This document shows, one piece after another, positions 1 through 6,272 of a DNA stretch of 32,030 bases. Both the position numbers and the translations under genes were made by a program. This DNA comes from Candidatus Spechtbacterales bacterium (GTDB taxonomy: Bacteria > Patescibacteriota > Minisyncoccia > Spechtbacterales > HO2-43-30). Every line of letters starts with the position of its first letter. Within the stretch, counting starts at the first letter, position 1. The notes beneath the pieces are model-generated. The model did no database searches, was not told where the DNA came from, and saw only the letters and a program-made list of their open reading frames with translations. Location of the stretch: NCBI GenBank assembly GCA_049274815.1, contig JBASTI010000018.1, positions 1-32,030 on the forward strand. The letters run 5' to 3'.

Positions 1-138
1 GGGGGGGGTGCGGGTGCAGTAGGTGCTGGAAGCGCTGGAACTGCCAACACAGGTGGCGGTGGAGGTGGCAGTACTAATCCTAATCCTGGCGGCGCAGGCG
101 GCTCTGGCATTGTTATAATCCGTTATCTTACCCCGTAG
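1..138 (+). CDS. C-terminal fragment of a glycine-rich repeat protein (5' end lies outside the window)
   Basis: Frame 1 is open from base 1 to TAG 136-138. Translation is GGGAGAVGAGSAGTANTGGGGGGSTNPNPGGAGGSGIVIIRYLTP: Gly-rich repeats ending in a hydrophobic GIVIIRY tail. A strong hairpin follows at 201-234. Confidence 0.45.
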   Translation, partial: GGGAGAVGAGSAGTANTGGGGGGSTNPNPGGAGGSGIVIIRYLTP

Positions 139-200
139 CCGTAGCCCCTCACTTCTGCCAACTGCTGCATTGATTCTGAATATTTCTGAAACACAATCAA

Positions 201-234
201 CCCAAAACACGCCGCCTCTGCGGCGTGTTTTGGG
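201..234 (+). terminator. Perfect 15-bp stem hairpin downstream of the glycine-rich ORF
   Basis: cccaaaacacgccgc (201-215), loop ctct, gcggcgtgttttggg (220-234). No clean T-tract follows, so terminator function is uncertain. Confidence 0.4.
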
Positions 235-381
235 TAACGTATACGTTTCTAAGACGACATGAAAACTTAACCGAATTAAGTTTTCCACACCTTAGCTCGG
301 TTAATTTTTTGTTTCTCAAAAGGAAAAGGTATAATAGATAAATGAAACAAGCAAACAACGTCCGCTTATTTATTGAAAAAG

Positions 382-424
382 AAAAAGCCCCCGATGCGGA
401 CAGAACCGCATAGGGGTCTTTTTC
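382..424. terminator. Bidirectional-type intrinsic terminator hairpin
   Basis: A-tract 382-386. Stem 387-399 pairs with 406-418 (atgcgg/ccgcat plus cccc/gggg, two mismatches), loop acagaa. T-tract 419-423. Confidence 0.5.
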
Positions 425-573
425 GTAAGTATTACTTATATTATAGTAAATACAGGCACGCTGTCAAGGGCGGAAAGGTATACTTGGAATAAAACAACTT
501 GTAACGGGCAAGCTTACAATTAAAAAATTAGACCCCGCGACTGCGTCAGGGCAAGACACAATGCACGGAGTCC

Positions 574-607
574 TTGACAGAATAATTCTCATGTAAGACA
601 ATGTAAG
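574..607 (+). promoter_or_regulatory. Candidate sigma70-type promoter with phased direct repeats (putative operator) upstream of the TA pair
   Basis: TTGACA 574-579, 17-nt spacer, GACAAT 597-602. ATGTAAG is repeated at 591-597 and 601-607 (10-bp phase), overlapping the -10. No SD precedes ATG 617. Confidence 0.4.
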
Positions 608-616
608 TGTATATTA

Positions 617-883
617 ATGGATAATGCGAATATGATAAACAGAGAAACGCTTACAATTTCATTACCGCCAAAACTTCTCAAGGAGACAAAGAGAGCCGCG
701 AAGCAATCGGGCATGACGCAATCCGAATTTTTTCGTTTTGCGGTACGCAATTATTTGGCCGAGGATTTAGAAATGTATGGTTCCAAAACCCTTCGCAGGG
801 ATATAAAAAAAGCCCGTTCCGAAGTAAAACGAGGCGAATTTGTCACCCTAGAGAAGCTGGAAGCAGAAGCCGGACTGCGATAA
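617..883 (+). CDS. Ribbon-helix-helix (CopG/RelB-like) antitoxin
   Basis: 88 aa. RHH pattern LTISLPPKLLKETKRAAKQSGMTQSEFFRFAVRNYL. Lies 18 nt upstream of a RelE/ParE-family toxin gene. Confidence 0.8.
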   Translation: MDNANMINRETLTISLPPKLLKETKRAAKQSGMTQSEFFRFAVRNYLAEDLEMYGSKTLRRDIKKARSEVKRGEFVTLEKLEAEAGLR

Positions 884-901
884 CTCGTCATATGTAGGGC
901 A

Positions 902-1153
902 ATGCAACTAATTTTTTCCAAATCTGCGCGAAGGGATTTAACGAAGCTGCGCTTACCTCATCAACGGAGGATCCTGCGTAAACTCCGTTTTTATGTTTCT
1001 CAAAAAGACCCCCTGCATTTCGCCGACAAACTAACCGATTCAAACGTCGGACAGTGGCGCTTTAGAATCGGCGACTACCGGGCGATTTATGATATGTATA
1101 AAAACACAATAATGATTCTTAGGGTTGGCCATAGGAGAGATATTTATAGATAA
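902..1153 (+). CDS. RelE/ParE-family type II toxin
   Basis: 83 aa. Characteristic C-terminal core WRFRIGDYRAIYDMYKNTIMILRVGHRRDIY. Paired with the upstream RHH gene. Confidence 0.85.
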   Translation: MQLIFSKSARRDLTKLRLPHQRRILRKLRFYVSQKDPLHFADKLTDSNVGQWRFRIGDYRAIYDMYKNTIMILRVGHRRDIYR

Positions 1154-1167
1154 GACACTATCTGTTT

Positions 1168-1653
1168 ATGAAGGCGCCGCTATATTTAAAAATTACCAAA
1201 TCGCCCCAGGAAACAGCTTTGCTCGCAAAAGATTTTCTAGAAAAAGCGCTAAAGGAGGCTAAAAAAGGCAACCCCCTGATTTTTTATTTGGAGGGAGAGC
1301 TTGGGGCCGGTAAGACTCATTTTGCGAAAGGTCTCGCGCAAGCTCTTGGCATAAAAGATAACATAACAAGCCCTACATTTGTGCTGATGAAGAAATTCGA
1401 TATTCCGGCAGACAACATGGCGCGTAAACTGGGGAAGAAACTTTTTATTCACATAGATTGTTATAGGATATATGATAGTAAAGATGCCGAGCAGATTGGG
1501 TTAGATAAAGTTTTAGAAAATCCGCGAACGATTATAGCGATTGAGTGGGCGGAAAGAATAGCCGATATTATTCCAAAGCCGTATTGGGAAATTAAGATGG
1601 AGCACGTGAGTGAGATGGAGCGGCGAGTTATAGCTCGCGAAAACAAAAATTAA
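1168..1653 (+). CDS. tsaE: tRNA t6A37 threonylcarbamoyl-transfer ATPase TsaE
   Basis: 161 aa. P-loop GELGAGKTHFAKGL followed by ITSPTFVLM and IEWAERI, typical of TsaE/YjeE. Confidence 0.85.
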   Translation: MKAPLYLKITKSPQETALLAKDFLEKALKEAKKGNPLIFYLEGELGAGKTHFAKGLAQALGIKDNITSPTFVLMKKFDIPADNMARKLGKKLFIHIDCYRIYDSKDAEQIGLDKVLENPRTIIAIEWAERIADIIPKPYWEIKMEHVSEMERRVIARENKN

Positions 1654-1663
1654 AATTGTTCGA

Positions 1664-3934
1664 ATGTCCAAAGACAAAAAAATATTGCTCATATTAGACG
1701 CGAACGCCCTTGTCCACCGTTCCTTTCACGCTCTCCCGGACTTCCGCACCCCAAAGGGCGAGCTTGTGAACGCGGTGTACGGATTTACTTCTATACTCCT
1801 TAGGGTGTTGAAGGAATTTGAACCCGAGTATGTCGCGGCCGCTTTTGATGTGGCCGGGCCCACATTCCGCGATGAAGAATATGCGGAATACAAGGCAAAA
1901 AGGGTGAAAGCGCCGGATGAGCTTTACGCGCAGATTCCTCGCATAAAAGAAATGTTGAACGCTTTTAATATTTCGGTATACGAGAAGGAAGGATTTGAGG
2001 CAGATGATGTAATAGGCACGATTGCCGCGCTTGCGCAGAAAAAGCAGACATATCCTCTGACAGAGACAATTATCGCAAGTGGGGACCTGGATACCCTCCA
2101 GCTCGTAGACAAGCATACCAAAGTATACACGATGCGGAAGGGTCTTACGGATACAGTTCTCTATGACGAGGAGGCAGTGAGAAAGAGATTCGGGGGGCTC
2201 ACGTCCGGTCAGATGGTGGACTATAAAGGGTTGCGAGGAGATCCTTCGGATAATATTCCGGGCGTTATTGGAGTTGGCGAAAAGACCGCGATTCAGCTCC
2301 TTTCGGACTTTGGCTCCATAGTAAATCTTTATAAAGAAATTGAAAAAGATACGGAGAGGGCAAAAAAAATAAAGCCGGGGTTGCGCGCGAAACTCGTTCA
2401 GCACAAAGATCAGGCGTTTTTTTCAAGAGAGCTTGTGACAATTCGCAAAGATGTGCCGATTGACTTTAAGCTGGAGGATCTTCTATGGAACAATTATGAC
2501 CATAAAGAGGTAGAGAGAGTTTTAAGGGAGCTGGGCTTTAAGTCGTTGTTGGCTAGATTGCCAAAGACGATAACTTCGATTACCTCACCCCCTGCCCCCC
2601 TCTCCTTAACAAGGAGAGGGGGGATTGGGGGGGGTGAGGTAGAAGTAGATCCTACTTATGAAAAAATAGAGGCGTTTTATAGCGACGGAGTTTTATCAAA
2701 AGAAGTTTACGAGCTAGAGAAGAAGTTAGTTCCCCTGATACGAGGCATGGAAGAAGCGGGTATCAAGATAGACAAAAAGCATTTTGCCGAACTCGCCAAA
2801 GACATTGCGGGGGAATTGCGGGACGCACAAGACGCGATTTATAAAATCGTGGGCAAAAAATTTAACGTAAATTCTCCCCAGCAGCTTTCCGAAATACTTT
2901 TTGGTCCGTCGCCCGGCGGATTGGCTCTCCCGATAAAAGGACTTAAAAAGACCCCCGGCGGGGTAGTCTCCACCGCCGCGCCCGAGCTTCTCAAACTTCA
3001 GGGCAAACATTCCATTATAAAAGAGCTTCTGCGACATAGGGAACTACAGAAGCTGAATTCTACCTACATAAGTCCTTTGCCCGGGTTGGCGGATAAAAAA
3101 GACAGAGTTCATACAAAGTTTGATCAACTCGGTACGGCAACCGGCCGTCTCTCTTCTTCAAAACCAAATATGCAGAATATTCCGGTACGCGGGGACTGGG
3201 GATTAAAAATACGGAAGGGGTTTATCGCCGAAGAGGGTTTTAAGTTTGTCGCGTTCGATTACTCCCAGATGGAGCTACGGCTTGCCGCGCACATCGCGGA
3301 CGATAAAAAAATGAAAGAGTTTTTTAAAGAAGGCGCGGATATTCACAAGATGACTGCGGCGGAAGTATTCGCGATCGCTCCGGACGAGATTACAAAAGAT
3401 ATGCGATTCCGCGCGAAAGCCCTGAATTTTGGGGTGCTCTATGGCATGGGGGCATCCGGTTTTGCAAAAAGCGCGAATATTCCAAGGGAAGAAGCGCAGG
3501 CATTTATTGATAATTATTTCGCGCGATTCCCTTCGGTACGTAGCTATATAGAAAATACAATAGAATTTGCAAGACATAATGGTTACGTAGAGACTCTGCT
3601 GGGCAGAAAACGCTATATCCCCGAAATAACTTCTTCCCATGCCGGGCTTCGCGCTCAAGCCGAGCGCATGGCAATAAATCACCCGATACAGGGCTCGGCA
3701 GCCGACATTATCAAAATGGCAATGACAGAAATTCACTATAACCTAAAACCTAAAACCTATAACCTGTTACTTCAGATACACGACGAATTGTTGTTTGAAA
3801 TAGAGGATGATAAAATAGAAGAGACATATCCTTTAATAAAAGATATAATGGAAGGTGTATATTCGCTCTCGGTGCCGTTGCGGGTCGACGTATCATATGG
3901 GCATTCATGGGGAGAGCTCAAAGTAATTAAGTAA
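1664..3934 (+). CDS. polA: DNA polymerase I (5'-nuclease plus family-A polymerase, no 3'-5' exonuclease domain)
   Basis: 756 aa. 5'-nuclease motifs are LDANALVHRSFHALP, GFEADDVIGT and H3TH DNIPGVIGVGEKTA. Polymerase motifs are A DYSQMELRLAAH, B RFRAKALNFGVLYGMG and C QIHDELLFE. Only about 45 aa separate the nuclease and polymerase domains. Confidence 0.95.
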   Translation: MSKDKKILLILDANALVHRSFHALPDFRTPKGELVNAVYGFTSILLRVLKEFEPEYVAAAFDVAGPTFRDEEYAEYKAKRVKAPDELYAQIPRIKEMLNAFNISVYEKEGFEADDVIGTIAALAQKKQTYPLTETIIASGDLDTLQLVDKHTKVYTMRKGLTDTVLYDEEAVRKRFGGLTSGQMVDYKGLRGDPSDNIPGVIGVGEKTAIQLLSDFGSIVNLYKEIEKDTERAKKIKPGLRAKLVQHKDQAFFSRELVTIRKDVPIDFKLEDLLWNNYDHKEVERVLRELGFKSLLARLPKTITSITSPPAPLSLTRRGGIGGGEVEVDPTYEKIEAFYSDGVLSKEVYELEKKLVPLIRGMEEAGIKIDKKHFAELAKDIAGELRDAQDAIYKIVGKKFNVNSPQQLSEILFGPSPGGLALPIKGLKKTPGGVVSTAAPELLKLQGKHSIIKELLRHRELQKLNSTYISPLPGLADKKDRVHTKFDQLGTATGRLSSSKPNMQNIPVRGDWGLKIRKGFIAEEGFKFVAFDYSQMELRLAAHIADDKKMKEFFKEGADIHKMTAAEVFAIAPDEITKDMRFRAKALNFGVLYGMGASGFAKSANIPREEAQAFIDNYFARFPSVRSYIENTIEFARHNGYVETLLGRKRYIPEITSSHAGLRAQAERMAINHPIQGSAADIIKMAMTEIHYNLKPKTYNLLLQIHDELLFEIEDDKIEETYPLIKDIMEGVYSLSVPLRVDVSYGHSWGELKVIK
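2581..2641. repeat. 61-bp GC-rich imperfect palindrome (hairpin) embedded in frame in the polA linker
   Basis: Outer arms are tacctcaccccc (2581-2592) and gggggtgaggta (2630-2641). Inner arms are cccccctctcctt (2595-2607) and aaggagagggggg (2611-2623), with loop aac. It contains C6 and G8 runs and encodes ITSPPAPLSLTRRGGIGGGEVE. Confidence 0.9.
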
Positions 3935-3950
3935 CTAAGTAATAATAATT

Positions 3951-5135
3951 ATGGCAATTTATTCAGGTATAGGATCGAGTACAAATATTCAAGATCCGGT
4001 CGCCGCGGGAAAGGAGGCGGTTTTAAGCGCGATATCGGAGCTCGGCAAGGAGCCGCATATTATATTTGCTTTTTCTTCGGTAAAGTTTGATCAGGAAAAA
4101 CTTGTTCTGGGCATGAATGAGGCCCGGGGTGACGCAACCCTTGTGGGCGGCAGCGCCGCGGGAGAGATTACCTCCTACGCGACAACATTCGAAAGTGTCA
4201 TCGCAATGGCAATACACGCGGAGAACACTAAATTCACCGTGGGATACGGCGAGGGCACGGGCGCGGACAGCCACAAGGCAGGGGCCGACGCCGCAAAAGC
4301 GGTTCTCGGTGCCGCAGGCGGCAAAATAAGTCTCTTTATTATGATTCCCGAAGGGCTTACTGGAAACGGCTCTGCCATTGTGCGAGGAGTCCAGTCCGTG
4401 CTTGGCGTGAATTTTCCGCTCATGGGCGGATCTGCGGGAGATGATTATTTATTCAAAAAGACTTGGCAGTATTATAACGACAAACTTCTTACGGATTGCG
4501 TTATAGGGATTGGATTAAGCGGCGACTTCGCGTATGGCTTTGGAGTGCGCCATGGCTGGGAGCCGGTTGGTCTGCCTCTTAAAGTGACAAAATCAGAAGG
4601 CGCGGTGCTCAAAGAGCTAGACGGCAAGCCGGCGCTTAAGGTTTACCAGGATTATTTTGGAAAGGATGCCGAAGAACTGATTCGTGAGCCCATCGCGCGC
4701 ATGGCCTACACGTATCCCTTGGGCATGAGCGTAGAGGGATCGAACGAGCTTCTTATCCGCGACCCCGTTATTGCAAGCGAAGAAGGGGAGATCACACTGG
4801 CTGGCGAGATTCCAGAGGGCACAACAATCCGTCTCATGATAGGCGACCGCGACAAAGCGATAGCCGCCGCAAAGGACGCTGCCCAAACCGCCCTTTCCCA
4901 GCTTGAGGGCACAAAGCCCGAGGTTATTATTATGTTCAACTGCATGGCGAGAAACCGTCTTCTTGGAGTGCGATGCCACGAAGAAAATGAAGCGGTGCAA
5001 AACGTGCTTGGGTCCGCGGCAAAGATGATTGGACTTTACACATACGGCGAGCAGGGGCCGCTTTTGGGTAAAAAGGGCACGCCCGCCTATTTCCACAACG
5101 AGACAATGACACTGCTTGTATTAGGAGAAAAATAA
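3951..5135 (+). CDS. Stand-alone FIST (FIST_N + FIST_C) sensory domain protein
   Basis: 394 aa. Pattern typical of FIST proteins: LVGGSAAGEIT, PLMGGSAGDD, GWEPVG..VTKSEGAVLKELDGKPAL, IIMFNCMARNRLLG, GLYTYGEQGP, FHNETMTLLVLG. No TM segment or other domain. Confidence 0.8.
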   Translation: MAIYSGIGSSTNIQDPVAAGKEAVLSAISELGKEPHIIFAFSSVKFDQEKLVLGMNEARGDATLVGGSAAGEITSYATTFESVIAMAIHAENTKFTVGYGEGTGADSHKAGADAAKAVLGAAGGKISLFIMIPEGLTGNGSAIVRGVQSVLGVNFPLMGGSAGDDYLFKKTWQYYNDKLLTDCVIGIGLSGDFAYGFGVRHGWEPVGLPLKVTKSEGAVLKELDGKPALKVYQDYFGKDAEELIREPIARMAYTYPLGMSVEGSNELLIRDPVIASEEGEITLAGEIPEGTTIRLMIGDRDKAIAAAKDAAQTALSQLEGTKPEVIIMFNCMARNRLLGVRCHEENEAVQNVLGSAAKMIGLYTYGEQGPLLGKKGTPAYFHNETMTLLVLGEK

Positions 5136-5138
5136 GGC

Positions 5139-6257
5139 ATGGGAAGAAACAAAATTTTTCGAGTCGGCGCAATTTGTATCGGCGTAGTTATCGTTGTAGT
5201 TTTAGTATTTTTCGCAAGGATCAGGGAAAAAGAACCTATTGTCATAGGCGCGATTCTTTCTATTTCAGGGCCTACCGGTCCCACAATAGAGGGCGAAGGA
5301 GTGCGGGACGGAATGCTTCTTGCGGTCGAGGAGATAAATACCTTCGGAGGAATCAATGGATCAAAGATTGAATTGGTGATTGAAGACGCGAAAATAAACG
5401 CCGAGATCGGAAAAGAAATATTCCAAAACATGGAAGCAGGCCGCAAGCCGCTTCTATATGTATCTACGCACAGTTCTGTCTCGTCTGCGCTTGCTCCATT
5501 GGTCGAGGAAAACAATGTTGTTCTCTTTGTCGCACTAGCAACGGATCCGGGAGTCACAAAAGAAAAGGAATGGGTATTTCGCTACTGGCCGACTGCGGAG
5601 GTAGAAATGCCCGCTCTTATGACACTTCTTAAGGCAACGGGAGTAAGGAATCTCGGCGTTATTTATCTGGACGATGAATTCGGCCGATCTATCTCTAGCG
5701 GACTCGCAAGGGAAGTTGGAAAGATTGGCGGGACAGTGAGGGGAGAACCATTTTCGATACGAGAAACAGATTTCAAGGACGAGATCGCAGAACTTTCAAG
5801 TTACGAAGGTATTCTTGGAGTCGGTTTCCCCCAGCATGTGAAAGCCATATTCAAACAGCTTAGAGACGAAGACTACAAAGGGAATGTATTTTCTACGATT
5901 GCCGCCGCAGATGTCTCCTTCCATACTCTGCCCGAGGCAAATGGCGTTTACATAACAGCTCCGATTATTTACAATCCGACCTTCCTCTTTGCGCAGGGCC
6001 TCAAGGAAAAATACGAAGCCAGATTTGACAAGCCCCTCACCTATTTTGCGGCAAATGGATATGACCTCATAAAAATGCTCGCGGCTTTGCTTGAGGACGA
6101 GGAGTTTTCCCGCGAAAACGTAAAAAAGTTGCTCGAGGCCGGGTTTACGCATCCCGGCGTGCTCGGGACCGTTGATGTTGGAGAAGGAGAGCATGATATG
6201 GCCTTCCCAATACATCCGGCCCAGATTATAGACGGAACAGTGAGATACCAATACTAA
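5139..6257 (+). CDS. Membrane-anchored type-1 periplasmic binding protein (LivK / branched-chain amino-acid binding family)
   Basis: 372 aa. N-terminal TM anchor VGAICIGVVIVVVLVFF. Then IGAILSISGPTGPTIEGEGVRDGMLLAVEEINTFGGINGSKIELVIEDAK, the classic start of Leu/Ile/Val-binding-type receptors. No cognate Liv-type permease or ATPase genes are present anywhere in this window. Confidence 0.75.
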   Translation: MGRNKIFRVGAICIGVVIVVVLVFFARIREKEPIVIGAILSISGPTGPTIEGEGVRDGMLLAVEEINTFGGINGSKIELVIEDAKINAEIGKEIFQNMEAGRKPLLYVSTHSSVSSALAPLVEENNVVLFVALATDPGVTKEKEWVFRYWPTAEVEMPALMTLLKATGVRNLGVIYLDDEFGRSISSGLAREVGKIGGTVRGEPFSIRETDFKDEIAELSSYEGILGVGFPQHVKAIFKQLRDEDYKGNVFSTIAAADVSFHTLPEANGVYITAPIIYNPTFLFAQGLKEKYEARFDKPLTYFAANGYDLIKMLAALLEDEEFSRENVKKLLEAGFTHPGVLGTVDVGEGEHDMAFPIHPAQIIDGTVRYQY

Positions 6258-6272
6258 TTATCGTTCGTAAAC

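Noticed and set aside
1694-2404. 236-aa minus-strand ORF antisense to polA. Similar long antisense ORFs occur at 5087-5557 (-), 11342-11908 (+), 17758-18384 (-), 22842-23390 (-) and 3275-3736 (-).
   Set aside because: Each lies wholly inside a strongly supported conserved gene on the other strand. Each has Ser/Arg/Cys/Phe-rich junk-like composition and no SD or recognisable motif. They are typical shadow ORFs.
3736-3763. Four imperfect 7-bp tandem units (ctataac ctaaaac ctaaaac ctataac) inside polA, considered as a possible slipped-strand phase-variation site.
   Set aside because: The units are imperfect and there are only four. They lie between conserved polymerase motifs, where the protein length matches other Pol I enzymes. 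A frameshift switch in an essential single-copy gene is implausible.
4023-5172. Cluster of overlapping 70-160-aa ORFs in several frames across the FIST gene.
   Set aside because: This stretch is locally GC-rich, which suppresses stop codons in all frames. The translations are Ala/Arg/Pro-rich with no motifs. The FIST frame explains the region.
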